This document shows positions 38,121 through 47,203 of a stretch of 64,000 nt of DNA, piece by piece. The stretch comes from an uncultured Eudoraea sp. (GTDB taxonomy: Bacteria > Bacteroidota > Bacteroidia > Flavobacteriales > Flavobacteriaceae), in assembly GCF_947258925.1 (NCBI RefSeq), contig NZ_CAMYKG010000013.1:44313-108312 (forward strand), given 5' to 3'. Position numbers and translations under genes: made by a program. The first letter of the stretch is position 1; each line of letters opens with the position of its first letter. The notes beneath the pieces were generated by a model. The model saw only the letters and a list, made by a program, of their open reading frames with translations. It was not told the origin of the DNA and ran no database searches.

Positions 38121-39344
38121 ATGATTTTAGAAATGAAGGTCCCTTCCCCGGGAGAGTCCATAACCGAAGTGGAAATTGCAGAATGGCTGGTTAGCGATGG
38201 CGATTATGTAGAAAAAGACCAGGCCATAGCCGAGGTAGATTCGGATAAAGCTACTCTGGAATTACCGGCAGAAGAAAGTGGAACTATCACGTTGAAAGCC
38301 GAAGAAGGAGATGCAGTGGCTGTTGGTGAAGTAGTATGCCTTATAGATACCAGTGCAGAAAAACCTACAGAAAGCGCATCCAAAGCTGAAGCAAAGAATG
38401 TGGAAGAACCTGCAGTTCGTGATACCCCTGAAAAAGAGGTCAAGAAAGAAGAATTAAAAGAGACTTATGCCAAAGGAGTGCCTTCACCTGCTGCTCGAAA
38501 AATTCTTGATGAGAAAGGAATAGATCCTGGTAGTTTAATCGGCTCCGGGAAAGACGGTAGAATTACCAAGGAAGATGCAGTAAAGTCTGTTCCTTCCATG
38601 GGCAGTCCTACAGGTGGTAAAAGGGGAGAACACAGAACTAAACTTTCCATGCTTCGACGCAAAGTTGCTGAACGATTGGTAGCTGCTAAGAATGAGACGG
38701 CGATGCTGACTACTTTTAATGAAGTAGATATGTCTGCTATTTTTTCATTGAGAAAGGAATACAAAGAAATTTTTAAAGACAAACATGACGTAAGTCTTGG
38801 ATTCATGTCATTTTTTACAAAGGCTGTAATAAGGGCTTTACAGATGTTTCCTTCAGTGAATTCCATGATAGATGGAAAGGAAATGCTCTCTTTTGATTTT
38901 TGCGATATTAGTATAGCAGTTTCCGGCCCCAAAGGTCTTATGGTTCCTGTGATCAGAAATGCTGAAAATCTTACTTTCAGAGGTATAGAAGCTGAAGTGA
39001 AACGACTTGCATTAAGAGCGCGGGATGGTCAGATAACAGTAGACGAAATGACCGGAGGTACTTTCACCATATCCAATGGTGGTGTTTTTGGTTCGATGTT
39101 ATCAACCCCGATTATTAATCCGCCCCAAAGTGGAATCCTCGGGATGCATAATATTGTAGAGAGACCTGTGGTAAAAGAAGGATCAATAGTCATTGCTCCG
39201 ATCATGTATGTCGCTCTTTCCTATGACCATCGAATTATTGATGGAAAAGAGTCGGTCGGGTTTCTGGTGGCTGTAAAAGAAGCTTTGGAAAATCCTGTGG
39301 AATTATTAATGGAGGGATCCCCGAAAAAATCACTTGAGTTGTAG
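38121..39344 (+). CDS. sucB: dihydrolipoyllysine-residue succinyltransferase (2-oxoglutarate dehydrogenase E2)
   Basis: 407-aa ORF with a lipoyl domain (EVDSDKATLELPA), a PSBD and a catalytic DHRIIDG motif. Confidence 0.95.
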   Translation: MILEMKVPSPGESITEVEIAEWLVSDGDYVEKDQAIAEVDSDKATLELPAEESGTITLKAEEGDAVAVGEVVCLIDTSAEKPTESASKAEAKNVEEPAVRDTPEKEVKKEELKETYAKGVPSPAARKILDEKGIDPGSLIGSGKDGRITKEDAVKSVPSMGSPTGGKRGEHRTKLSMLRRKVAERLVAAKNETAMLTTFNEVDMSAIFSLRKEYKEIFKDKHDVSLGFMSFFTKAVIRALQMFPSVNSMIDGKEMLSFDFCDISIAVSGPKGLMVPVIRNAENLTFRGIEAEVKRLALRARDGQITVDEMTGGTFTISNGGVFGSMLSTPIINPPQSGILGMHNIVERPVVKEGSIVIAPIMYVALSYDHRIIDGKESVGFLVAVKEALENPVELLMEGSPKKSLEL

Positions 39345-39371
39345 CGGATTTTTTTAAAAAAGAGACAAAGG

Positions 39372-39818
39372 TTATTTTTTCTTTTTCATAAATAAATTTC
39401 CGGAGGCGTAATCAATTACCGCCTTTGATTTAATAAGAATATCTGCCCCTATTATACCATCTACGGGAAGGGATTTGTGGGCTTGCAGCGCTTCATTAAC
39501 GTGAACTAAATCAAAAACCACAATCTTCTGTTTCTTTTTTTTCCAACCACCAACTACAATTTTATTTTTAGTAGAAACCAGCGTATCCATATCTGTGGCA
39601 CCGGCACCGGCTGCTTTAATTTTAGAGTCCTTTGATACAAGCTTAAAATAATCGGCCTTATCTATACCAACACAGGTGTTAGATGCGCCTGTGTCTAAAA
39701 TAAAACGTCCGGTTATTCCATTAATCTTGGCCGAAACCTCCAAATGATTGGTGCCATTGAGAACCATGGGGACTTTAGTATATCCTTTACTTTTTAAAAC
39801 TTTCTTCAGATCGCCCAT
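39372..39818 (-). CDS. retropepsin-like (clan AA) aspartic protease
   Basis: 148-aa ORF with FILDTGAS (DTG active-site motif) and GIIGADIL. Confidence 0.75.
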   Translation of the reverse strand: MGDLKKVLKSKGYTKVPMVLNGTNHLEVSAKINGITGRFILDTGASNTCVGIDKADYFKLVSKDSKIKAAGAGATDMDTLVSTKNKIVVGGWKKKKQKIVVFDLVHVNEALQAHKSLPVDGIIGADILIKSKAVIDYASGNLFMKKKK

Positions 39819-39858
39819 CTAATATGTTTTTTGACAAAGATAATTCTATTTTTGCTCT

Positions 39859-40626
39859 ATGACCATTACAGACACACATACACATTTATATAGTGACGCC
39901 TTCGATGAGGACAGGGATGAAATTATCGAAAAAGCAATTGCCCGGGGTATTAAGCGTTTTTTTATACCCTCTATAGATTCTACATATACCAAGGCAATGT
40001 TGGATCTTGAAAGAAAATACCCTAAGAATATGTTTTTGATGATGGGCCTTCACCCCACCCATGTGAAAGACAATTTCAGGAACGAGCTCATACATGTTGA
40101 AAAAATGTTATCTGAGAGGAAGTTCTATGCCGTTGGAGAAATTGGAATTGACCTTTATTGGGATAAGACACACTTATTTGAGCAGCAAGAGGCTTTTAGA
40201 TACCAAATACATTTGGCAAAAGAATATGACTTACCCATTGTGATTCATTGCAGAGATTCTTTTGATGAGATTTTTGAAATATTGGAGGATGAAAAAGGGG
40301 AAGACCTTTATGGAATATTTCACTGCTTTACAGGAACTGAAGAACAAGCCACAAGGGCCATAAATTATAATATGAAATTAGGAATAGGGGGAGTAGTAAC
40401 TTTTAAGAATGGCAAAATTGACACTTTTTTGAACAAAATAGATCTAAAACATATCGTATTGGAAACGGATTCTCCGTACCTCTCTCCTGTACCCTATAGG
40501 GGTAAGAGGAATGAAAGTGTATATTTACTTGAGGTACTTAAAAAGCTTTCAGCGCTTTATGGAGTCGACGAGGAATTAATTGCCAAGATTACAACTCAGA
40601 ATTCTATGGATGTATTTGGGGTATAA
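39859..40626 (+). CDS. tatD: TatD family hydrolase
   Basis: 255-aa ORF with the N-terminus DTHTHLY and TatD metal motifs (HCR, HCF, ETDSPYL). Confidence 0.9.
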   Translation: MTITDTHTHLYSDAFDEDRDEIIEKAIARGIKRFFIPSIDSTYTKAMLDLERKYPKNMFLMMGLHPTHVKDNFRNELIHVEKMLSERKFYAVGEIGIDLYWDKTHLFEQQEAFRYQIHLAKEYDLPIVIHCRDSFDEIFEILEDEKGEDLYGIFHCFTGTEEQATRAINYNMKLGIGGVVTFKNGKIDTFLNKIDLKHIVLETDSPYLSPVPYRGKRNESVYLLEVLKKLSALYGVDEELIAKITTQNSMDVFGV

Positions 40627-40682
40627 ATTATTTAATGGGGGCATTTATTTTAATTTGAAAAATTATAAGAACTTAGAATTCA

Positions 40683-41717
40683 ATGGGTAAAAAAGCTAAC
40701 ATATTACTCATCTATACAGGCGGTACAATAGGCATGGTTAAAGACTATTCTTCAGGGGCTCTGAGGGCTTTTAATTTTAAAAAGCTGGTAAGCAACATAC
40801 CTGAATTAAGTCAGCTTGCATGTAAAATTGAAAGTATTTCATTTAAAACTCCAATAGATTCGTCAAACATGAATCCATCGCATTGGGCCTCAATAGCAGA
40901 GATAATTGAAAAACATTATGATCGTTATGACGGCTTTGTAGTGTTGCAGGGAAGCGACACTATGAGCTATTCTTCCTCCGCTCTTAGTTTTATGCTGGAA
41001 AATCTTACTAAACCTGTAATTTTTACGGGTTCGCAACTGCCTATAGGAGATCTTCGGACAGACGCAAAGGAAAATTTAATTACCTCTATTCAGATCGCGG
41101 CCTTGCAAGAAAACAACCAGGCAGTTATACAGGAGGTATGCCTTTATTTCGAATACAAATTATATCGCGCTAACAGAACTACCAAAATAAATGCAGAGCA
41201 TTTCCAGGCTTTTACATCCATAAACTTTCCTGCACTTGCAGAATCCGGTGTTCATTTAAAAATTAATCGAAATAGTCTTAGAAAAAATTTAAAACACAAC
41301 AAGTTTATTGTCCATAAAATTATGGATACCAATGTGGCAATTTTTAAACTTTTTCCCGGTTTTAACAGGGCATTATTGAGAGGGGTATTAGGCATACCAA
41401 ACTTAAAAGCTTTGGTTTTAGAGACCTATGGCGCGGGAAATGCGCCTACCGATGATTGGTTGATATCAGATCTTAAGGAAGCCATAGGCAAAGGTTTGCA
41501 TATTGTAAATGTAACCCAATGTTCAGGTGGTTCCGTTATGATGGGGAGATATAGTACTAGTGAGAAGCTCAAAAAGTTACAACTTATAAACGGGGGTGAT
41601 ATAACAACGGAGGCTGCAATAACTAAACTTATGTACCTTTTAGGAAGCGGTGTTTCACATAAATCTTTCAGAACAATTTTTGAAACTTCCTTACGTGGAG
41701 AGTTGACTCAAAATTAA
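40683..41717 (+). CDS. ansA: type I L-asparaginase
   Basis: 344-aa ORF with LLIYTGGTIGM (catalytic Thr motif) and GSDTMSYS. Confidence 0.9.
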   Translation: MGKKANILLIYTGGTIGMVKDYSSGALRAFNFKKLVSNIPELSQLACKIESISFKTPIDSSNMNPSHWASIAEIIEKHYDRYDGFVVLQGSDTMSYSSSALSFMLENLTKPVIFTGSQLPIGDLRTDAKENLITSIQIAALQENNQAVIQEVCLYFEYKLYRANRTTKINAEHFQAFTSINFPALAESGVHLKINRNSLRKNLKHNKFIVHKIMDTNVAIFKLFPGFNRALLRGVLGIPNLKALVLETYGAGNAPTDDWLISDLKEAIGKGLHIVNVTQCSGGSVMMGRYSTSEKLKKLQLINGGDITTEAAITKLMYLLGSGVSHKSFRTIFETSLRGELTQN

Positions 41718-41780
41718 ATGGGTAAAGTTTTTTAAACTAGTTTTTTTTTTGTTAATTGCTCGCCCTGTAATCTACAGTAT

Positions 41781-41868
41781 AGAGAGGTGGCCGAGTGGTC
41801 GAAGGCGCACGCCTGGAAAGTGTGTATACACCAAAAGTGTATCGAGGGTTCGAATCCCTTCCTCTCTG
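41781..41868 (+). tRNA. tRNA-Ser (anticodon GGA)
   Basis: Manual cloverleaf: acceptor AGAGAGG/CCTCTCT, anticodon loop CTGGAAA, long variable arm TATACACCAAAAGTGTATC, T arm GAGGG-TTCGAAT-CCCTT. Confidence 0.9.
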
Positions 41869-42089
41869 CAATTGACGAATATTAAGTAGTCCGCTTGAGA
41901 TTAGAAGGAAGGTTTTTTTGCTACTGTTTATACGGAAATGTAAAATACATGAAAGCCCGCCTTCTATTAGTGCAAAGTTTTAATTTTTTAATTGTATTTT
42001 TTTTTTATCTTTAACCCTATTAACTAACTAAATTTAAGTTTGAAAGAAATGAAAAGATTATTCTCGATCCTGGGGGTTTCACCCAGGTT

Positions 42090-42701
42090 TTGAAAGAGCA
42101 GTTTATTCAAGGAGGAGCTGGTTTTATGGGGATTGTTCTACTATGTTTGATTTTAGGTTTGGCTGTTGCTATTGAAAGAATTATTTATTTGAATATGGCA
42201 AGCACCAATACTTCAAAACTAAAACAACAAGTGGAAGACGCTCTTTCATCAGGAGGTGTCGAAGCGGCAAAAGAGGTGTGTAGAAATACAAAAGGTCCGG
42301 TTGCATCAATTTATTACCAGGGATTGGATAGAGCAGGAGAGAGCATTGAATCTGCAGAAAAAGCAGTTATTGCTTATGGTGGTGTTCAAATGGGACAATT
42401 GGAAAAGAATGTTTCATGGTTATCTCTATTTATAGCTATTGCACCGATGCTGGGATTCATGGGAACGGTTATTGGTATGATCCAGGCCTTCCAGAAGATT
42501 AGTGCTGTTGGTAACCTTAGTGCATCGTTAATTGCCGGTGATATCCAGGTGGCGTTATTAACAACGGTATTTGGTTTGATTACGGCCATTATTCTTCAAA
42601 TTTTCTATAACTACATTATTGCTAAAATTGACGGAATAGTTAATGACATGGAAGATTCATCCATCTCATTGATCGATATGTTGGTAGACCATAAAAAATA
42701 A
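42090..42701 (+). CDS. exbB: MotA/TolQ/ExbB proton-channel protein (N-terminal signal-peptide region detached, see findings)
   Basis: 203-aa ORF from a TTG start, with GGAGFMGIVLLCLILGLAVAIERIIYLN and a C-terminal MotA_ExbB core. Confidence 0.85.
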   Translation: MKEQFIQGGAGFMGIVLLCLILGLAVAIERIIYLNMASTNTSKLKQQVEDALSSGGVEAAKEVCRNTKGPVASIYYQGLDRAGESIESAEKAVIAYGGVQMGQLEKNVSWLSLFIAIAPMLGFMGTVIGMIQAFQKISAVGNLSASLIAGDIQVALLTTVFGLITAIILQIFYNYIIAKIDGIVNDMEDSSISLIDMLVDHKK

Positions 42702-42725
42702 GTCGCACACTAAATAATAAACAGT

Positions 42726-43169
42726 ATGAACAAAATAGTTAAAATAGTATTGGTTGTTTTAGGAGCGCTAGCGGCTATCTTATGGTATCAACTGCCGGGA
42801 AGAGATGTTCCGGCCTCTGAAGCCGTGGAGAGTGGGGCGATGAACACTATGTTCATTATCACATATATACTGCTGGGTTTGGCGGTTGTAATAAGTCTTG
42901 TATTTACACTTAAGAACCTATTTTCAAATCCAGAAAGCCTGAAAAAGACCTTAATGGTAATTGGAGGCTTTATAGTTGTTGTAATCATATCGTATGCGCT
43001 GGCAACTGGTACCGATGTTAGTATTGAAGAAATGGCTAACAGGGGTATAGCCACCTCAGAAAGTACGATAAGAAGAATTGGGACTGGTCTCAATATGTTT
43101 TTCATCCTGGTTTTAATAGCTATTGTAGCTATGGCACTGGGTGCATTTAAGAATATGTCTAACAAATAA
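42726..43169 (+). CDS. hypothetical 4-TM membrane protein within the exbBD cluster
   Basis: 147-aa hydrophobic ORF between exbB and exbD. Confidence 0.55.
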   Translation: MNKIVKIVLVVLGALAAILWYQLPGRDVPASEAVESGAMNTMFIITYILLGLAVVISLVFTLKNLFSNPESLKKTLMVIGGFIVVVIISYALATGTDVSIEEMANRGIATSESTIRRIGTGLNMFFILVLIAIVAMALGAFKNMSNK

Positions 43170-43180
43170 AAGTTTTAGTT

Positions 43181-43789
43181 ATGCCTAGAAGAGGAGGACC
43201 ACCAGAAGTTAATGCAGGATCTATGGCAGACATTGCGTTCTTACTGCTTATTTTTTTCTTAGTTACCACAACTATAGAAACAGATGCAGGATTAGACAGA
43301 ATGCTTCCGCCCATGGAGCCGCCAGATACAGATGTTGTTATTAAGCAAAAAAATATTTTTACGGTCAACATCAATAAAAGCGGTCAGTTGCTGGTTGAAG
43401 AGGAACTGCTCGATCTTAAACAGCTCAGGCAAAGAGCTATAGCCTTTCTTGATAATGGTGGCGACGGAAGCTGCAAGTACTGTAAAGGTAAAAGAGATGC
43501 GAGTTCTTCGGATAATCCCGCAAAGGCTATTATCTCTCTCAAGAATGATCGGGAAACGAGGTATGGGACTTATATTACCGTTCAAAACGAATTGGTAGGG
43601 GCCTATAACGATCTCAGAAACAGGGAAGCACAACGGTTGTTTGGCCGGGATTTTACGGAAATGGAAGCTGAATTTCTTAATCCGGAAACACCTTCCAGCA
43701 TTAGAGATGATCTAAAGGAAAAGGTTCAGAAAGTTCAGGGACTATTTCCACAGAAATTATCAGAAGCAGAAACATCAACCAGTAATTAA
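43181..43789 (+). CDS. exbD: ExbD/TolR family biopolymer transport protein
   Basis: 202-aa ORF with the ExbD N-terminal signature EVNAGSMADIAFLLLIFFLVTTT. Confidence 0.85.
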   Translation: MPRRGGPPEVNAGSMADIAFLLLIFFLVTTTIETDAGLDRMLPPMEPPDTDVVIKQKNIFTVNINKSGQLLVEEELLDLKQLRQRAIAFLDNGGDGSCKYCKGKRDASSSDNPAKAIISLKNDRETRYGTYITVQNELVGAYNDLRNREAQRLFGRDFTEMEAEFLNPETPSSIRDDLKEKVQKVQGLFPQKLSEAETSTSN

Positions 43790-43803
43790 GTTAACTTCTA
43801 ATT

Positions 43804-44286
43804 ATGGCAAAATTTAATAAGAAAAAAGATGGGGATTTACCCGCAGTATCTACAGCTTCATTGCCGGATATTGTTTTTATGCTATTGTTCTTTTTTATGA
43901 CAGTAACAACAATGAAGGATAGCTCGTTGATGGTTCAGAATACCTTGCCAAATGCCAGCGAGGTAAAGAAGTTGGAGAAAAAGGATAGAGTGTTGTACAT
44001 CTATGTGGGTAAACCCACGCGAGAATATCAAAAGGTGTTTGGTACAGAACCAAAAATACAACTGAATGATAAATTTGCAAATGTTTCTGAAGTAGGAGAT
44101 TTTATTTTGCAGGAAAGAGCTAAAAAACCGCAAGAACTGCAGAACGTTCTGACTACTGCTATGAAAGTAGATAAAGACGCAAATATGGGTCTTATATCTG
44201 ATATTAAGCAGGAGCTAAGAAAGGTGAATGCTCTTAAGGTTAATTATACCACCTACGAAGGTGATGCTTTTAGAAATTTGCAGTAG
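43804..44286 (+). CDS. exbD: ExbD/TolR family biopolymer transport protein (second paralog)
   Basis: 160-aa ORF with ASLPDIVFMLLFFFMTVT. Confidence 0.85.
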   Translation: MAKFNKKKDGDLPAVSTASLPDIVFMLLFFFMTVTTMKDSSLMVQNTLPNASEVKKLEKKDRVLYIYVGKPTREYQKVFGTEPKIQLNDKFANVSEVGDFILQERAKKPQELQNVLTTAMKVDKDANMGLISDIKQELRKVNALKVNYTTYEGDAFRNLQ

Positions 44287-44317
44287 CAGAATTAACTTTC
44301 ATTCTTAAATAAGTATT

Positions 44318-44355
44318 AAAAACGCCTCAAAATACATTTTGAGGCGTTTTTTTTT
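44318..44355 (+). terminator. rho-independent terminator of the exbBD cluster
   Basis: Hairpin ACGCCTCAAAATACATTTTGAGGCGT followed by T9. Confidence 0.8.
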
Positions 44356-44392
44356 ACTTGCGGTTTCGTAACTTATTTAAAATTATCTTTCC

Positions 44393-45076
44393 ATGAGACG
44401 CAATTGGCTATTTTTGATTTTAGGATTCACATTTAATCTTTGTGCTCAAGAGAATAATTTATCTGAGGACCTTAAGTACCTTGAGGATCAATTTTATCTC
44501 GGGATTACATATAACATACTACTCAATAAACCTAATGGCGTATCGCAAGGAAACTTTTCCTATGGGTTACAGGGCGGCTTTATCAAGGATATACCTTTAA
44601 ACAAAAGGAGGAATGTTGGAATTGGTGTAGGTCTTGGTTATGCTTATTATAACTACTATTCAAATTTATTTGTCAATGAAACCCCTAATGGCCTTGAGTA
44701 TATTGTTCTTGACTCCGATGTGTCCTACAAAAGAAATAAAATAGATTCACATGTGATAGAAATGCCGATTGAGTTCAGATGGCGAACATCAACGCCAAGC
44801 GAATATAAATTTTGGAGGATATATGCCGGTATGAGATTAGGATATGTTGTCGGGAGCAGATCTAAATTTGTATCCAATACAGAAAAAATTTCTTTTTTTA
44901 ACTCTGACACACGAAAGTTCAGATATGGGCTAATGCTCAATTTTGGATACAGTACAGTAAATGTGCATATATATTATGCGCTAAGTAATCTGTTTAATGA
45001 CGGAGTTGCTACTGTTGATGGGGAAGCCATAGAATTCCGGCCCTTAAGAATAGGAATTATCTTCTATATCCTATAA
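44393..45076 (+). CDS. outer-membrane beta-barrel (porin family) protein
   Basis: 227-aa ORF with a signal peptide, an alternating beta-strand pattern and a C-terminal ...IGIIFYIL. Confidence 0.62.
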   Translation: MRRNWLFLILGFTFNLCAQENNLSEDLKYLEDQFYLGITYNILLNKPNGVSQGNFSYGLQGGFIKDIPLNKRRNVGIGVGLGYAYYNYYSNLFVNETPNGLEYIVLDSDVSYKRNKIDSHVIEMPIEFRWRTSTPSEYKFWRIYAGMRLGYVVGSRSKFVSNTEKISFFNSDTRKFRYGLMLNFGYSTVNVHIYYALSNLFNDGVATVDGEAIEFRPLRIGIIFYIL

Positions 45077-45078
45077 AG

Positions 45079-45684
45079 TTACAACCAAAACTTAATGGTC
45101 AATAATTGGGACCCAAAGCCAATTATAAACCCAATTAGAACCTCAGCTCTGCTATTTGCGTTTAGAAAGAGCCTGGCAGTTGCCAATATTCCGGTTAATA
45201 ATGTAAAAAGGCTGATTGCAATGATTATATTAATTTCAAAATGAATGCTTAAAGAAATTAAATACATTAGATAACTCCCCATACTCACCATATGTAAACT
45301 GGTTCTGAATTTAAAAAAATTTAATAGCAGGCAGGCTATTGTAGCAGCAAGCAGACCTACAAAGAAAAAATATACCTCAATGGTATAATTATTAGGAATC
45401 ACCTTTATCAAAATCATCAGGAATAAGGCTATTTGGATTATCAATGGGAAGGTTCGTTCACTAGTTTTTGTCAGGAATATTGAACTTACAACACCTAAGT
45501 TTTTTAGAATCAGAAAACTAATTATGGGAATAATTACAGTAAGTATAAAAATGGGTAATATGTTCCCACTTTGAAGTTCAAGCGGACTGTATTTGGGAGT
45601 AATTACAAAATAGGTAATAGTGCCTGCTATGGGCAAAAAAATAGGATGTAATAAAATGGAAAGTATTTTTAGAAACAGTTTCAT
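45079..45684 (-). CDS. hypothetical polytopic membrane protein
   Basis: 201-aa ORF with about 6 TM helices. Its start overlaps the rpoN stop. Confidence 0.5.
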   Translation of the reverse strand: MKLFLKILSILLHPIFLPIAGTITYFVITPKYSPLELQSGNILPIFILTVIIPIISFLILKNLGVVSSIFLTKTSERTFPLIIQIALFLMILIKVIPNNYTIEVYFFFVGLLAATIACLLLNFFKFRTSLHMVSMGSYLMYLISLSIHFEINIIIAISLFTLLTGILATARLFLNANSRAEVLIGFIIGFGSQLLTIKFWL

Positions 45685-47141
45685 CAGATCTGTTTTCTAA
45701 GACGCGCTACGGGAATACCTAGTTGTTCCCGATATTTGGCTACAGTTCGCCTGGCAATTGGATATCCCTTCTCTTTTAGCAAAGCAGCCAGTTTATCATC
45801 TGTAAGCGGTTTTTTCTTCTCCTCATTACGTATTACAGTTTCTAATATGTTTTTTATTTCTTTGGTTGAAACATCTTCCCCTTCCTCATTTTTCATTGAT
45901 TCTGAAAAATATTCTTTAATTAATTTGGTGCCATATGGAGTGTCAACATATTTACTGTTAGCGACTCTTGATACCGTAGATACATCCATATGAATAGTGT
46001 CGGCAATATCTTTTAAGATCATTGGCCGCAATTTTCGTTCATCACCACTAAGGAAGTATTCTCTCTGATATTGCATGATAGCATTCATCGTAATATAGAG
46101 TGTTTGCTGCCTTTGTTTAATTGCGTCGATAAACCACTTTGCAGAATCTAACTTCTGTTTGATGAACATTACAGCGTCTTTCTGTGATTTAGACTTGTCT
46201 TTGGCACTCTTATAACCTGCCAACATATTGCTATATTCATTGGAAATATGAAGTTCAGGAGCATTTCTTCCATTTAAAGTTAATTCAAGTTCGCCTTCAA
46301 CTATCCTTATTGAAAAATCAGGCACAATATGTTCAATCACTTTATTGCTACCAGCATAAGAACCTCCGGGTTTTGGATTTAATTTCTCTATTTCAGAGAT
46401 GGCGCCCTTAAGTTCCTCTTCATTGATATCATACTTCTGAAGCAGTTTCTTATAGTGCTTTTTGGTAAACTGTTCGAAAGATTTGTCGAGAATATTGATT
46501 GCCAGTTCAATATTTGGGGTTGGCTCCTTACGCTTAAGCTGAAGCATCAGGCATTCATCTAATGTCCTGGCGGCAACACCTGGAGGATCCAGCCCCTGGA
46601 CAATTTTTAAAATTCTTTTAATATCCGCTTCCTCGCAATAGATGTTTTGCGTAAAGGCGAGGTCGTCTGCAATATCTGATACAGGCCTTCTGATGTAACC
46701 ACTTTCATCAACACTTCCCACTAAGAATTCTGCAATGGCCCATTCCTGGTCATTTAAGTATACTGTGTTTAATTGATTAAGAAGGTATTGATTAAAGGAA
46801 ATACCTGCTGCATATGGGATGCTCTTTTCATCATCATCAGGGCTATAGTTGCTGGCTTTTGTACGATAATCAGGAATTTCATCATCGCTTAAATAATCAT
46901 CAATATTAATGTCCTCTGAATTGATGCTTTCACTGTCAGAATCCACTTCATAATCCTCACTAAATTCATCATCTAATGAATCTTTTTCTTCTTTACCCCT
47001 TTCTAATGCCGGATTTTCTTCCAGTTCTTGATTAATTCGCTGTTCAAATGCCTGAGTGGGGAGTTGAATTAATTTCATCAACTGGATTTGCTGAGGCGAT
47101 AGCTTTTGTGATAATTTGAACTGTAAGTGTTGTTTGAGCAT
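45684..47141 (-). CDS. rpoN: RNA polymerase sigma-54 factor
   Basis: 485-aa ORF with the N-terminus LKQHLQFKLSQKLSPQQIQLMKL and a C-terminal RpoN box (ARRTVAKYRE). Confidence 0.95.
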   Translation of the reverse strand: MLKQHLQFKLSQKLSPQQIQLMKLIQLPTQAFEQRINQELEENPALERGKEEKDSLDDEFSEDYEVDSDSESINSEDINIDDYLSDDEIPDYRTKASNYSPDDDEKSIPYAAGISFNQYLLNQLNTVYLNDQEWAIAEFLVGSVDESGYIRRPVSDIADDLAFTQNIYCEEADIKRILKIVQGLDPPGVAARTLDECLMLQLKRKEPTPNIELAINILDKSFEQFTKKHYKKLLQKYDINEEELKGAISEIEKLNPKPGGSYAGSNKVIEHIVPDFSIRIVEGELELTLNGRNAPELHISNEYSNMLAGYKSAKDKSKSQKDAVMFIKQKLDSAKWFIDAIKQRQQTLYITMNAIMQYQREYFLSGDERKLRPMILKDIADTIHMDVSTVSRVANSKYVDTPYGTKLIKEYFSESMKNEEGEDVSTKEIKNILETVIRNEEKKKPLTDDKLAALLKEKGYPIARRTVAKYREQLGIPVARLRKQI

Positions 47142-47203
47142 GAATGCGTATTCTTTTCCTATCTATAAAATTAAAGAATAAATATCAAGTGACGAAGTAA
47201 CCC

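Noticed and set aside
38204-38932. Antisense ORFs of 79 aa and 155 aa within sucB, plus similar ones in sucA, the M23 peptidase, rpsB, tsf, frr and polA
   Set aside because: All overlap strongly recognisable genes on the opposite strand. They show low-complexity Ser/Ala/Phe-rich translations and no start context.
43181-44286. Two consecutive exbD genes, considered as a recent duplication
   Set aside because: The two proteins are highly diverged (202 aa versus 160 aa, with different periplasmic domains). An exbB plus two exbD paralogues is a common bacteroidetal arrangement, so this is not a notable duplication.
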